Numbered from the stretch's first letter, positions 18,944 to 30,660 are shown. The stretch: DNA of 64,000 bases from Candidatus Marinacidobacterales bacterium (GCA_965226495.1 OZ245365.1:5152001-5216000), one strand, 5' to 3'. Notes: a model not told the origin generated them from the letters alone. Program-made: numbers and translations.

Positions 18944-20020
18944 TTAGGCTTTGACTCCATTCGATACTTGCTCGACGTAGCCAACCAGCAATGCTTCCTC
19001 GTCCCGAGAATCCAAAGTCTCGATCACCCGATCCTGGTTATCAATGACGCGCCGGCGCATCTCGGCGTCGTGAACGAGTTGATGGGCCATCTCCGCGATC
19101 TCTTCGAAATGTTTCTCTCGGATCAAGACGCCCGCCCCGCCCATCGTATCCGGCACCGCCCCGGCATCGAAAGCCATCACCGGGATGCCGAATCGAAACG
19201 CTTCCAATAGAGGGGCGCAAAACCCCTCGTGCTCGCTGAGGCTCAGAAAGACGTCACCCACCTGGTAGTACGCGGCCAAATCATTGGTGTCGACGTGCCC
19301 GGTAAACACAACGTCTTCGAGCTCGAGCTCGTCCACCAACCGCCAGAGCGCATCGAAGTACCGTTCGAAGCCCCGATACTCGCCCACAAGGAGCAGGCGG
19401 CTCTTGGGATCCACGAACTTCTGGTAGACGTAGAAGACCTTGATGAGATCCTCGAACTTCTTGTTCGGTATCACCCGGCCCACGAAAAGGAAGTTGGTCT
19501 TGTCATCATCGAACATCGCACGGATCGCTGGACTGGGCGGAATAGCGAGCTGCTCTGGGTCCAACAGGAGCGGAAGGACCCCGGTGGGATGAAATCCCAT
19601 CGCGTCGAGCTCCTGCCGGTTGAACTCGGAGACACCGAGCGCGAGCTCGGTGCGGTCGATAAACGCGGCCAGCTCGCGACGGCCCTGGTAACACAGTCTG
19701 GCTAGCTTGGGCTGATAGGGCGCGAACCATCGTGCCGGCGTAATGTTGTGGTAGATGAGCATGATGCGGTCCGGCAGCTGGTGCGCGAAGGAAGACACCC
19801 CGGCACCAATCGAAAAGTGCAGAATGAGGACGTTGTCCGAGCTCGAGACTCCTTCGTAATCCCAAAGCGGGTGGCCCTTTTTCCTCATCGCCGAGTGTAC
19901 CGACTCAGCGAAGATCTCCGATTCGTAGCCTCGGCTACGCAATAAGTCTTGTATGCGAAGCGCTTCGTTGCTGATGGCATCTCCGTGACTCAGCGAAGCG
20001 ACCATCTGGTGTACTTGCAT
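18944..20020 (-). CDS. GT4 glycosyltransferase
   Basis: GDAISNE, YHNITP, SEHEGFCAPLLE. Confidence 0.9.
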   Translation of the reverse strand: MQVHQMVASLSHGDAISNEALRIQDLLRSRGYESEIFAESVHSAMRKKGHPLWDYEGVSSSDNVLILHFSIGAGVSSFAHQLPDRIMLIYHNITPARWFAPYQPKLARLCYQGRRELAAFIDRTELALGVSEFNRQELDAMGFHPTGVLPLLLDPEQLAIPPSPAIRAMFDDDKTNFLFVGRVIPNKKFEDLIKVFYVYQKFVDPKSRLLLVGEYRGFERYFDALWRLVDELELEDVVFTGHVDTNDLAAYYQVGDVFLSLSEHEGFCAPLLEAFRFGIPVMAFDAGAVPDTMGGAGVLIREKHFEEIAEMAHQLVHDAEMRRRVIDNQDRVIETLDSRDEEALLVGYVEQVSNGVKA

Positions 20021-20028
20021 TGTCCCGA

Positions 20029-21096
20029 TTAACCTCGAAGGGCCTGCTCTACGAAACCCACCAAGAGTTTTTCGTCGTCGCGAGCCGCGACACCACCCAG
20101 AACCTCACGTTGCCGATCGACGACCCGAGCCCTGAGCGTCTCGTCATGAACCAGCAAGTGCGCCATCTCGGCAATCTCCTCGAACCGCTTTTCGTGGATC
20201 AGGATTCCCGCCCCCCCAAGCGTCTCCGCCACCGCTCCGGCATCGAAGGCCATGACCGGGAGACCAAACTGAAACGCCTCCAACAAGGGAGCACAGAATC
20301 CTTCATGCTCGCTCATGCTGAGAAAAACATCTGCTACTTGGTAGTAGGCAATGAGATCATCGGTGTCGACATGTCCGGTGAACACGACGTCCTCGAGCAG
20401 CAGGTCGTCCACCAAGCGAACGAGTGAGTCGAAATAGCGCTCGAACCCGTGGGACTCTCCCACTAGGAGTAGACGGCTATCTGGATCGATGTACTTCTGA
20501 TAGATGGAGAAAACCTTGATCACGTCCTCGATGCGTTTGTTGGGCAGCGTCCGCCCCACGAAAAGGAAATTCGTCTTGTCGTCGTCGAACATCTCGAGGA
20601 CGACAGGATTCGCCGGTCCTTCCAATTGGTGACGATCGCGCATCAACGGAAGCACCCCTGTCGGGTGAAACCCCATCGATTCGAGCTCGGAGCGGTTGTA
20701 CTCCGAATCCCCAACCGCCAATCGAATTCGCTTGTTGAAGGCGGCGAGCTCGCGACGGCCGTGATGGCAAAGACCCACAAGGTGCGGGTGGAACTCGGTG
20801 AACCAGCTCGCAGGCGTAATGTTGTGGTAAATCAACATGAGTGGATCGGGAAGGTGGTACGCGTAAGTCGAAACCCCCGCACCGATCGAAAAGTGCAGAA
20901 TGAGGACGTTGTCGGGGCTCGAGATCTCTCGGTAGTCCCAGAGCTTATGAGCCAATCCTGACATCTCGGGGTGGACCGCCTCCGCGAAGATCTCGGAATC
21001 GTAGCCGCGGCCCTGCAGTATGGACTGGATGCGAAGCGCCTCGTTCCCGATGGCGTCGCCATAGCTCAGTGCCGACAACATTTGATGAACCTTCAT
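20029..21096 (-). CDS. GT4 glycosyltransferase, close paralog of 18944-20020
   Basis: GDAIGNE, YHNITP, SEHEGFCAPLLE; long blocks shared with the neighbour. Confidence 0.9.
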   Translation of the reverse strand: MKVHQMLSALSYGDAIGNEALRIQSILQGRGYDSEIFAEAVHPEMSGLAHKLWDYREISSPDNVLILHFSIGAGVSTYAYHLPDPLMLIYHNITPASWFTEFHPHLVGLCHHGRRELAAFNKRIRLAVGDSEYNRSELESMGFHPTGVLPLMRDRHQLEGPANPVVLEMFDDDKTNFLFVGRTLPNKRIEDVIKVFSIYQKYIDPDSRLLLVGESHGFERYFDSLVRLVDDLLLEDVVFTGHVDTDDLIAYYQVADVFLSMSEHEGFCAPLLEAFQFGLPVMAFDAGAVAETLGGAGILIHEKRFEEIAEMAHLLVHDETLRARVVDRQREVLGGVAARDDEKLLVGFVEQALRG

Positions 21097-22322
21097 CGCG
21101 TTTTGGAAGCGGCGGTGCGATCTTCTTCGAGAAGCATGCCGAGAAGCCGGTTGTACTTGCCTTCGATGACTTCCCACCGGTAGTGGTCGTTAAAAAAACG
21201 CTGGCCGTTCGCACCCAGCCCTTCGCGAAGGTCTCGATCTTCCTCGAGTAGCGCGACCGCCTCTCGGAACTCGTAGTAGCTCGCGTAGTAGAGCCCGGCG
21301 TTCGACCGCCGGCACTGCCCGCGGAGAACATCGCAGAGCCCGTTCGCCAAAACCGGCTTCGCCTGGGACCAAGCTTCTAACGTCACCATGGAGAGGCTTT
21401 CGAACTCCGAGGGCATGATGAGAAACTCAGCCCCCGCCAGGGCCGACCATTTTTCATCCTCGGGAAGAAACCCGGCATAGTAGATATCCGGGTGCTCGAG
21501 TATCTCCATCGTCTTGCCGCCCACCAGAACCAACTTGAGCGAGGAACCGCTCTCCTCCTTATAGCGGCGAAAGTAGTTGAAGAGTTGGCGGCATCCCTTG
21601 TTCTGATCCACCCGGCCGATGAATATGGCGTAGCGATCACGCAACTTGTGGCGACTCCGAAACAGATCCGGCGTGGCGCCGTTCGGCACTTCCGATCCCA
21701 CCCCGACCACATCGCCCTTCAAGTCACGACTCTCCGCCACCGACCAGATCATTTCCCGCTCCTCGACAGAGTTGAACACGATAGCCCGGGGACGATGAAA
21801 GAACGGCTTGAATATCTTGAGATTGACCACCTGGTCCTTCTCTGCGGTGGGGACGAGAAGGGACCGATCTCCGAGAGCACCGACGCCATGGTAGCTGTGG
21901 TAGTAGCGGTAGCTGAAGAAGATGAAATAGTCATACGCATTGCGGTTCTTTCGCAGATAGCGAACCAGCTTCGGAGAAAAAGGCCCCTGCTCTTCGAGCC
22001 ACTGCAGCTCGTCTTTCTCGCGGTGCGGGGCGCGGAAGACCTTCTGTGAGATGTGACCGAAGCGGTCGGTGTCTCGAGGCCGCTTCACCTTGAAGCGTCG
22101 CACCGGCACGCCGTTAACGATAGACAGGTCATCCGGAAGCTCGTTGCGCCAGGTGATGTAGTCTGTGGCGCACGACGTGATCACCTCGACGCGGTGGTGG
22201 TTTGCGAGATGCTCCGCCACCAGTCGACAATGGTACTCGGCGCCGCCATTGACCTCCTCGCCGTACCGCTGCACCACTAAGGCTAGGCGAAGCGAAGGCA
22301 AGGCGCTTGCACTGCTAGTCAC
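21093..22322 (-). CDS. GT4 glycosyltransferase, paralog of the 15959-17860 catalytic part (start approximate)
   Basis: VVQRYG...GGAE, PTAE, GRVDQNKG, ESLSMVTLEA. Confidence 0.88.
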   Translation of the reverse strand: MTSSASALPSLRLALVVQRYGEEVNGGAEYHCRLVAEHLANHHRVEVITSCATDYITWRNELPDDLSIVNGVPVRRFKVKRPRDTDRFGHISQKVFRAPHREKDELQWLEEQGPFSPKLVRYLRKNRNAYDYFIFFSYRYYHSYHGVGALGDRSLLVPTAEKDQVVNLKIFKPFFHRPRAIVFNSVEEREMIWSVAESRDLKGDVVGVGSEVPNGATPDLFRSRHKLRDRYAIFIGRVDQNKGCRQLFNYFRRYKEESGSSLKLVLVGGKTMEILEHPDIYYAGFLPEDEKWSALAGAEFLIMPSEFESLSMVTLEAWSQAKPVLANGLCDVLRGQCRRSNAGLYYASYYEFREAVALLEEDRDLREGLGANGQRFFNDHYRWEVIEGKYNRLLGMLLEEDRTAASKTR

Positions 22323-22968
22323 CGTTGGGCTTGCGCTCCGACGACGTGGAACGCTTTTCGCCGTTGTCGCCTTTAGCCCCGCGTTTTCGCCGCCAAGGCC
22401 TTCGTCCGCCACGCGAACGTCGCCGAGACGCGTCTTGGCTATTCTCGTCCTTGGACACCGTCAAATCCTCGAGGACCTTCTCACGACGGCCTTGGAACTC
22501 GACCTTGGCTCCGGTCGCCCGATTGCGCGCCTTGAGATTGGTGAGTTCCAAGTTCATTTTCGTCAGTTCCGCGGCCATGTTGTGAAGCAGCTGGACGTAG
22601 TATTTGTTGAGATCGGCCTGCCGCGAGAGCGCACTGATGATGGGGTTCGGATTGAAAAACAACTTGAGGAGCGGATTCAAGAGAGTCCGTGCCATACGGA
22701 TCAGCCGTCCAGAGAGTCCGCGCGACGACTGGTAGATCGTCTCCGGGCCGAAGGTGTAGTTCCATTGCTCGTCGCGAGCACGGAAAGCGGCCACGAAATC
22801 GCTGTTGAACTGACTGGCGTCTAGGACGGAGTCCAGCTTCATCTCCGCGACCTCACGAACTTCTTCCTCGGTATAGAGACCCTTCCGCTTTTCCTCGATT
22901 CGGGAGCGGATGGTGGTCATGACGGCCTCGACATCGATATCGCCACCCTTGATGCTGAAGGTAGACAT
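22315..22968 (-). CDS. Hypothetical coiled-coil protein with Arg-rich tail
   Basis: Strong RBS AGGAGGA; IDVEAVMTTIR N-terminus, heptad region, RRRSRGGRR tail. Confidence 0.7.
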   Translation of the reverse strand: MSTFSIKGGDIDVEAVMTTIRSRIEEKRKGLYTEEEVREVAEMKLDSVLDASQFNSDFVAAFRARDEQWNYTFGPETIYQSSRGLSGRLIRMARTLLNPLLKLFFNPNPIISALSRQADLNKYYVQLLHNMAAELTKMNLELTNLKARNRATGAKVEFQGRREKVLEDLTVSKDENSQDASRRRSRGGRRPWRRKRGAKGDNGEKRSTSSERKPNGD

Positions 22969-23046
22969 ATTCCTCCTTGTGAAACCCAAGCGTATGAATC
23001 CATCGCTCGGTGGTTGTTGTTCTGGCTAGCCAGTCAGGAGGGAGTT

Positions 23047-23939
23047 TTAGCCCGGTTCTCCGAAGTGATAGATGATGGCGATGACAGCGCCTGTCCAAAG
23101 GCCCACCGCCGCGAGAAGCGGTCGATCAGTGAATAGCACGAGCGAAGGGTTTCCACCTTCGTCCCGCTGGTGGACTAAGTACAGGTATCGAAAGATCCCA
23201 TACAAAACGAATGGCAGAGTCCAAACCAAACGGTCCGTGCCGAACTTGAAAACCGTTTCTGGCGACTGGGTGTATAGGGCATAGGACAACAAAGTCGAAG
23301 CGGTTACCACCGCGATCATCTGGTCCAAAAGAGAAAGGCTATACTCCCCCAGGATCCTCCTGTGCCCGGCTGCCCCATCCGCCAGCAACGTGATCTCATG
23401 ACGGCGCTTGGTCAGGGCTAAGAACAGTGCGAGCAACATAGTACAAACAAGTAGCCAGTTACTGAAGGCGACGCCGATCGCCACTGCGCCGGCGATCGCC
23501 CTCAAGACAAATCCAAAAGAAAGCGTGAGAACATCCAGAATGACCACGTTCTTCAAGAACAACGTGTAGCAGACCATCAACGCGAAGTAGCTGAAGGCGA
23601 TCATCCCGAAGGAAGGTCCGAGGGCGAAACTCCCCGCTAGTCCTCCCACTATCAATATCGCAGCCGTACCTTTTGCCAGCCCCGGCAGCAGTCGTCCGGA
23701 GGCGAGTGGTCGCTGGCGTTTGACCGGATGGAGTCGATCTTGCTCGAGATCGACCAGGTCGTTGATCAGGTAAACGGCGCCGGAAAGTACACAAAACAGC
23801 AGAAACGCTTCGAGTGCCGCGACGAGCGACGGCACATGAAACAGCTGCCGAGCGAAGATCAGAGCCGCCAATAAAACCAAGTTCTTCGACCACTGATGGG
23901 GCCGAAGTGCTAGAAGAAGGTGATAGAGCTCGAGGCCAT
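23047..23939 (-). CDS. UbiA-family decaprenyl-phosphate phosphoribosyltransferase-like protein (apparent 1-nt frameshift just after the ATG)
   Basis: LRPHQWSKN, YLINDLVDLEQDRLHPVKRQRPLASG, KRRHE, YGIFRY; ATG at 23939 is one base out of frame. Confidence 0.85.
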
Positions 23940-24032
23940 AAGAGGCCAGGGCACCTTCCGGCTTGCCCTCGGTTGTCGGCTGCTCTTCGGGAATCTTCGT
24001 TGGCTTCTGGGTACTTCGGTAAGCCTGCTCGT

Positions 24033-24368
24033 TCAGAAACTCTGGACGGCCTTCTCCTCATCGTCGTAGGTCTCGAAGACAGTCAGCAGTTTCGTAATGG
24101 AGAGAAGGTCCTGGATGCGCTTGGTTAAGTGCAGGAGCTTCAGCTTCCCGTTTTTGCGACTCGCCGTGGTGTAGCAGCGCACGATCTCGCCGAGGCCCGC
24201 ACTGTCCACGTAGGGCACGTCGGCAAGGTTGAGCACGATCTTGGACTTTCCGCCCTCGACCAAGCTGTTGATCTTCTCACGCAGTAGCTCATCACCCTCC
24301 CCGATGAGCATCTTGCCCTTCAGGTCTAGGAGGGTGACCTCGCCTACGGTTCTTTCCTCGATCTTCAT
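24033..24368 (-). CDS. STAS domain protein (anti-sigma factor antagonist)
   Basis: YVDSAGLGE motif, LLSITKL, 111 aa. Confidence 0.92.
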   Translation of the reverse strand: MKIEERTVGEVTLLDLKGKMLIGEGDELLREKINSLVEGGKSKIVLNLADVPYVDSAGLGEIVRCYTTASRKNGKLKLLHLTKRIQDLLSITKLLTVFETYDDEEKAVQSF

Positions 24369-24489
24369 GATAAGAACTCTCCTCTTGCCAAGGGGGCCGA
24401 GAGAAACTTCGGCCGTAAAACCTTGTAAGTGTTATCACGAAGGGCGAAGTAGTGTCAAGCATACGGGACTATGCTAGACTCGCCCATCG

Positions 24490-25499
24490 ATGGAATATCC
24501 CTTTATCGACCGGCTTCGGGACTCTCGAAAGCGGATCGCCTTTCCCGAAGCGACTGAGCCCAGAACCCTCAAGGCCGCTCGCACGATGGAGGACGAAGCT
24601 ATCGCCTCTGATCGCCTTTCCCGGTCCTGGTCGATGGAGGCGAAGATCCCGACAAGGTCAGCCGAGCCGCGGATCAGGCCGGTATCTCACTCAAGGGAAT
24701 AGAGATTCGCTCCCCCATCGAAGAAGGTGACCTCGAAGTATTCGCCGAGCGCTACCACCAACAATCCCGCCACAAAGGCGTCTCCGAGGACGAGGCGCGC
24801 CAAATCGTGGCCGACCCTATGTACTTCGCGGCCTGCATGGTCCAGGCGGACGATGCCGCGGGCTACGTCGCCGGCGCCCACCACACGACCGCGGAAACTG
24901 TGCGGCCCGCCATTCGGGTCCTCGGAACGCAGCCGGACGTCAAGTGGGTCTCGAGCTTCTTCTTAATGGTGTTGCCGGCGGGCAAAGGAGAATACATCTT
25001 TGCTGACTGCGGCGTGATTCCCGATCCCGATTCGAACCAGCTCGTCGAAATCGCCCTGCTGGCGGCGGCGAATGCCCGTCTCTTCTTGGAGACCGAGCCA
25101 CTGGTCGCGCTCCTTTCGTTCTCGACGAAAGGCAGCGCCCGTCATCCCATGCTCAACAAAATCACGGAGGCCGCCGAGACCCTTCGAGAAAGGTCTCCGG
25201 GGTTGGCGAGTGATGGAGAGCTTCAGGGCGATGCGGCCCTGGTCGCCGAGATCGCGGCGAGCAAGGCCCCGGGCAGTCGGGTAGCGGGGAAGGCTAATAC
25301 CCTCGTGTTTCCCGATCTGAACTCGGGGAATATCGCTTACAAGCTGGTGGAACGGCTAGCCGATGCGCTCGCGCTGGGCCCCATTTTGCAGGGCCTGGCC
25401 AAACCGGCCAACGACCTCTCCCGAGGTTGCAGCGTCGAGGACATCGTAAACGTGGCGGCTATCACTTCGATTCAATCAATAAAGGCCGATCGAAGGTAG
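24490..25499 (+). pseudogene. pta: Phosphate acetyltransferase with frameshifts around 24600-24720 (pseudogene or sequencing error)
   Basis: RIAFPEATEPRTL N-terminus; [43 protein letters not shown] in another frame. Confidence 0.85.
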
Positions 25500-25511
25500 G
25501 ACCAGGCTTTT

Positions 25512-25712
25512 CTAGTCGCCGCTCTCGCGGCGCATCTTCTTCCTCTGCCGCTTCTGCGCCAGCGCTTGCTTCGCGCGACGCTTATCGCCTGGCTTCAGGT
25601 AATAGGAGTGTCTCTTGATTTCCTTGATGATGTCTTCCTGTTGGACTCTTCTCTTGAACCGGCGCAGGGCACTTTCTATCGACTCACCCTCTTGAATTCT
25701 GACTTCGGCCAA
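25512..25712 (-). CDS. rpsU: 30S ribosomal protein S21
   Basis: EGESIESALRRFKR...EIKRHSYYLKP. Confidence 0.95.
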   Translation of the reverse strand: MAEVRIQEGESIESALRRFKRRVQQEDIIKEIKRHSYYLKPGDKRRAKQALAQKRQRKKMRRESGD

Positions 25713-25763
25713 TCATAACACCTCCCTTACGTTCAATTTTTGGACCCTTCGGCCGAATTAACT

Positions 25764-25792
25764 ACTATAAAGGCGGGGGCGATGCTTGTCAA
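25764..25792 (-). promoter_or_regulatory. sigma70 promoter for rpsU
   Basis: TTGACA-N17-TATAGT on the minus strand. Confidence 0.75.
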
Positions 25793-25850
25793 GTCCTTAT
25801 TTATAAGTAAATTGCGAGCGTTGACGGCATTATAGTGGTTCTTGTATATC

Positions 25851-25880
25851 TTGACACTCCGACAACCAGCGTGGGATAAT
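25851..25880 (+). promoter_or_regulatory. sigma70 promoter for purD-purE
   Basis: TTGACA-N18-GATAAT. Confidence 0.55.
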
Positions 25881-25926
25881 CGATGCCCAGAATGGGGTCT
25901 AACTCTCTCAAAAAGAAGGTCTTGAA

Positions 25927-27234
25927 GTGAGGGTTCTCGTCGTCGGCTCCGGCGGCCGGGAGCACGCACTCGTCTGGAAGCTCAAGCAAAGCCCGCTCCT
26001 GACCGAGATTTACTGTGCGCCGGGAAATCCCGGGATCGCGACCCTGGCCGATTGCGTGGACATCGACCCCTCGGACATCGTCGAGCTGGCTGATTTCGCA
26101 GAGAAGCTTTCCATCAGTTTGACCGTTGTCGGCCCCGAGCTGCCTCTCATGCTGGGCATAGCCGATGAGTTCGAAAAGCGGGGGCTTGCCGTCTTCGGAC
26201 CCACCCGCGCCGCGGCGGAGCTCGAGGGCAGCAAGGCGTTCGCCAAAGACTTCATGGCCAAGCACGGCATTCCGACCGCGAAGTTCAAGGTGGTGAACGA
26301 CGTCGACGAAGCCAAATCCGTGATCAAAAAGGGGGAGCTCGGCTTGCCTTTGGTCATCAAAGCCGACGGGCTCGCGGGTGGCAAAGGCGTCTCGATCGTC
26401 GCCGACAAGAAGGCAGCTCTCGCGGAAGCCGACCGCTTGCTCACCGACAAGGCTCTGGGAACCGCAGGGAGCAAGGTCGTCCTGGAAGAGTGCCTGGAAG
26501 GAGAAGAGGTCTCTTTTTTTGTCTTGTCAGACGGAGCCAAAGTCTTTCCGTTCGTCGCAGCCCAGGATCAAAAAAGAGCACTCGATAACGACGAGGGACC
26601 CAACACCGGGGGCATGGGCTGCGTTTGTCCGGCGACGATGCTGAGGGCCGAGACACTGAAACGCATCATGCAAGAAATTGTGCTGCCTACGATCTCGAAG
26701 ATGGCAGCCGACGGTAGACGTTATCAGGGTTTGCTCTACAGCGGTTTGATGATCACGAAAGATGGTCCCAAGGTCTTGGAGTACAACGTTCGTTTCGGAG
26801 ATCCCGAGACCCAAGCCGTGCTCCCTCGATACACCGGAGACCTCCTTCCTCTATTAAAGGAGGTCGCAGATGGGCACCTAGGTCAGCATAGGCCGGAGTG
26901 GAGTCGCGACCCTGCTATCACCGTCATTCTTGCCTCGGGTGGCTACCCCGGAAGCTACGCGACCGGGAAGAAGATTGAAGGAGTCGACCTCGCCAAGGGC
27001 GTTGAGATCGCCGAAGGTGTGAGCCTCTTCCACGCCGGAACGAAGAAAGACGGCAACAACCTGGTGACCGGTGGCGGAAGGGTCCTCGCAGTCACTGGCA
27101 TTGGTCAGAATCTCAAGGCCGCCATCGAGCGAACCTACAAGGCGGTCGACGGCATCCAGTTCGAAGGGATGCATTACCGGAAAGACATCGGCCAAAAAGC
27201 CTTGGCCCGCATGTCCGGGGATGGGAGTTCATGA
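25927..27234 (+). CDS. purD: Phosphoribosylamine--glycine ligase
   Basis: [43 protein letters not shown]. Confidence 0.97.
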   Translation: MRVLVVGSGGREHALVWKLKQSPLLTEIYCAPGNPGIATLADCVDIDPSDIVELADFAEKLSISLTVVGPELPLMLGIADEFEKRGLAVFGPTRAAAELEGSKAFAKDFMAKHGIPTAKFKVVNDVDEAKSVIKKGELGLPLVIKADGLAGGKGVSIVADKKAALAEADRLLTDKALGTAGSKVVLEECLEGEEVSFFVLSDGAKVFPFVAAQDQKRALDNDEGPNTGGMGCVCPATMLRAETLKRIMQEIVLPTISKMAADGRRYQGLLYSGLMITKDGPKVLEYNVRFGDPETQAVLPRYTGDLLPLLKEVADGHLGQHRPEWSRDPAITVILASGGYPGSYATGKKIEGVDLAKGVEIAEGVSLFHAGTKKDGNNLVTGGGRVLAVTGIGQNLKAAIERTYKAVDGIQFEGMHYRKDIGQKALARMSGDGSS

Positions 27235-27734
27235 GCAAACCTCTGGTCGGCATCCTTATGGGAAGCGCCTCCGACGCTGACGTCATGACCCAGGCGGCGG
27301 AAGTCCTCCGCGAGCTCGGCGTCCCCTACGAGATAGGAATTTACTCCGCTCACCGGACCCCGGACCGCGTCGAGAAGTTCGCGTCACAAGCCGAAGAGCG
27401 CGGCATTCGAGTGATCATCGCCGGAGCGGGAGCCGCCGCTCACCTTGCAGGCGCCGTCGCCGCTCGCACGCATCTGCCAGTCATCGGCGTGCCCCTCGCG
27501 GGGACAGCCCTTTCCGGTATGGACGCATTGCTCGCCACCGTCCAAATGCCAGCCGGCTTCCCGGTGGCCACCGTCGCAATTGGGAAGGCGGGCGCCATCA
27601 ACGCCGCGCTCCTCGCCGCACAGATCCTGGCCCTCCAGGATCCCGATTTGCGGAAGCGCCTCGGTAAGCACCGCGAGCGCAAAGCGGCCGCGGCGGTCAA
27701 GGCTTCGGACGAACTTTCCCAAAAAAACCAGTGA
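27231..27734 (+). CDS. purE: N5-carboxyaminoimidazole ribonucleotide mutase
   Basis: [33 protein letters not shown]. Confidence 0.96.
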   Translation: MSKPLVGILMGSASDADVMTQAAEVLRELGVPYEIGIYSAHRTPDRVEKFASQAEERGIRVIIAGAGAAAHLAGAVAARTHLPVIGVPLAGTALSGMDALLATVQMPAGFPVATVAIGKAGAINAALLAAQILALQDPDLRKRLGKHRERKAAAAVKASDELSQKNQ

Positions 27735-30296
27735 CCCGGTCGAGGGCGGTGGCTCTTTCTTGCGCCGCGGCACTCTTCTCGACTTGTAGCAAGACCCCGG
27801 ACGACAGCTACGAAGCCGGCGTTCCGTGGGAGCTCGCCAAGCACCGTGCCCAAACGATTTCCAACCTCCGGTACGAAATCTCCCTTAACATTCCCGACGC
27901 GGCGGATGAATCCATTCGAGGCAGCGAGAAGGTAACCTTCGACCTCACTGAGGCGGGTAGTCCGGTGGTTTTCGATTTCGCGCAACCCGAAGAGAATGTT
28001 GTCTTGGTTTCGGTTAACGCCCGGGCCGTCGACCACAAGGTGGCCAGTGAGCACTTGGTGATTCCCGCCGAGTCTTTTGACGCGGGCTGGATATCGATTT
28101 CATCGCTGGCGACGGCTCCCTCAATCGCAACGAAGACTTTCTCTACACACTCTTCGTACCCGACCGAGCACGGGTCGCGTTCCCAGTCTTCGATCAGCCG
28201 AATCTAAAGGGCCGTCTCAAGCTGAGCCTCGAGGCTCCGTCTTCCTGCAGGCGGTGTCGAACGGGAAACTCGAAAACCACGACGTCGCCGGGGACCGAGC
28301 CGTCTTCCAGTTCGCCGAGACGAAGCCCATCAGCACTTACCTCTTCTCCTTCGTGGCGGGTCGTTTCGAGGTGGAGACCGCGGAACGAAACGGGCGGCAG
28401 ATCACGATGTTTCATCGTGAGACCGACCCCGAGAAGCTAGAACGGAACCGGGACGTTATCTTCGATCTCCACGCCGGCGCCCTCGAGTGGCTCCAGGATT
28501 ACACGGGGATCCCGTACCCCTTCGAGAAATTCGATTTCGCCCTCATCCCTTCTTTTCAGTACGGAGGGATGGAGCATCCCGGAGCCATCAACTATCGCGC
28601 CGACGGTCTTCTTCTGGACGAGTCCGCCACCCAGAATGAGCTCCTGGGACGAGCCAGCGTCATTGCCCATGAGACAGCGCACATGTGGTTCGGGAACCTC
28701 GTCACCATGGAATGGTTCAACGACGTCTGGATGAAGGAAGTCTTCTCGAACTTCATGGCCGCCAAGATCGTCAATCCCTCGTTTCCGGAGGTTGACCACG
28801 AGCTCCGCTTCCTGCTCGCCCACTACCCCAGCGCCTACGGTGTCGACCGCACCGACGGAGCCAACGCCAACCGTCAGGAGCTCGAGAATCTCAACGAGGC
28901 GGGCTCGGTCTATGGCGCCATCATCTATCAGAAGGCCCCGGTGGTGATGAAGCACCTCGAGCTTCTGATGGGGGAGGAGCCCTTCCGCGCCGGGGTACGG
29001 GAGTATCTGGACCGCTACCGACTCGCGAACGCCACGTGGCCCCACCTCATCGAGATCCTCGACGGAAGAAGCGAAGAGGATCTCGGCGCTTGGAGCGAAG
29101 TCTGGGTCGAGGAGCCACGCCGGCCGACGATCACGACCCATCTCGACGTCGAAGATGGCACGGTCCGCGCCCTCACGCTTTCGCGGACGGACCCCGAAAA
29201 ACATGGACGGAGATGGAACCAGCGCCTGGAAGTCCTTCTCGGTTACGACGACGGGGAAGTGAGAACGTTCCCGGTGCACCTCAAAGAACAATCCGTCAAG
29301 GTCACCGCCCCCGAGGGCTCACCCGCACCCAATTACGTCCTGCCCAACGGCCTCGGCATCGGATACGGTCACTTCGAGCTCGATGAACGAACTCGCGAAT
29401 ACCTTTTGGAGAATCTGCCGCGTATCCAATCTCCTTTGGCGCGAGCCGTGGCCTGGCTTTCCCTTTGGGAAGCGATGCTGACGGGATCGGTCCCCCCGCC
29501 GGAGATGACGGGGCTCATCCTTTCATCCCTTGAGTTAGAAACCGACGAGCTCAACATCGAGCTCATTCTCCGCTACCTCGAGCGTACCTATTGGGCCTAC
29601 TTAGGCACATCCGAGCGAGACAGCCTGACGACTCGAATCGAAGCGCTACTCTGGCACGCGCTGCTCGAATCCCCAAGAGAGACGCTCAAGGCAACTTACT
29701 TCGCGACCTACCGAAGGATTGCCCTTTCTGACGATGCGCTCCGACGACTAAGAAGGATCTGGGAGCAACAAGAAGAGATCCCCGGGCTCACGCTTGCCGA
29801 GCGGGACTATTCGACGATCGCCCAGGAGTTGGCGCTTCGGAAAGTGGAGGGCACCGAGTCGATCCTCTCCCGGCAGCTCGAACGCATCGAGAATCCCGAT
29901 CGCGCGGCCCGCTTCCGTTTTGCGATCCCCTCTCTCTCCGCGGATCCCAAGGTACGGGACGAATTTTTCGAGAGTTTGAAAGAGACCGAGAACCGCGAGC
30001 ATGAGCCCTGGGTGTTGGACGCGGTCGGCTTCCTAAACCACCCGCTCCGTGCCCGACAGGCCGTGCACTACATTCGGCCCAGCCTCGATCTCCTCGAAGA
30101 GATCCAACGCACCGGCGACATCTTCTTTCCCAAGGGATGGCTCGACGCGACCCTAGGAGGTCATAGCTCTCCAAGTGCTGCGACCATCGTACGAGAGTTC
30201 TTGAAGGGAAGAAACGACCTCCCGCCGAGGCTGAGGCAGAAACTGTTGCAGTCGGCAGACCCCTTGTTCAGAGCCGCAAGTTCCAGAAAGCCCTAG
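27731..30296 (+). pseudogene. M1 family aminopeptidase (lipoprotein-like) with frameshifts near 28090 and 28246 (pseudogene or sequencing error)
   Basis: GGMEH, HETAH...E zinc motif, YQKAP; FPVFDQPNLK segment lies in a third frame. Confidence 0.85.
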
Positions 30297-30380
30297 CTCT
30301 CCGCAGCCTGTAAGCCACAACCGCAGCTCACGGCCCCACAGCCGCAACTCATGAGATAAAACCGCAATCTGTGAGCCGTT
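30293..30380. repeat. Phased degenerate repeat element, copy 1 (four GCA-initiated 9-nt cores, spacing 20/21/20)
   Basis: CCGCA at 30301, 30321, 30342 and 30362; similar to 43676-43762. Confidence 0.65.
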
Positions 30381-30493
30381 AAGGCGCCGGATCGCGCCTA
30401 TATCTAGGGGGGTGTCTGTGCCAAAAGGGTCCCCTTTGGAGTTAACATGCAGGCAACCGGCCCGTTTTCGGATTGGGCCAAGGGCGCGCCATT

Positions 30494-30566
30494 GTTGAAA
30501 AACGGACAGGCCTTCTCCCACTACCAGCTCCGGGAGAAGATCGGCAAGGGCGGAATGGGCGAAGTC
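30494..30566 (+). pseudogene. Remnant 5' end of a Ser/Thr kinase gene
   Basis: FSHYQLREKIGKGGMGEV, nearly the same as the start of 33195, then breaks off. Confidence 0.75.
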
Positions 30567-30615
30567 AACTATTCTTGGGCCGACGACGCCATCGTGCGCT
30601 CCGCGTCGTCGCTCG

Positions 30616-30660
30616 CTCTCACCCTCTCCCCGTTTGCGGGGAGAGGGATGGGGTGAGGGG
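30616..30660. repeat. REP-like palindromic element
   Basis: CCCTCTCCCCG-TTTG-CGGGGAGAGGG hairpin followed by GGGGTGAGGGG. Confidence 0.75.

Noticed and set aside
24490-28260. Programmed ribosomal frameshifting in pta or the M1 peptidase
   Set aside because: There are several irregular indels and no slippery heptamer with a downstream structure; error or decay is simpler.
30293-30380. CRISPR-like array at the 20/21-bp repeats
   Set aside because: The cores are only about 9 nt and degenerate; kept as an unexplained repeat element instead.
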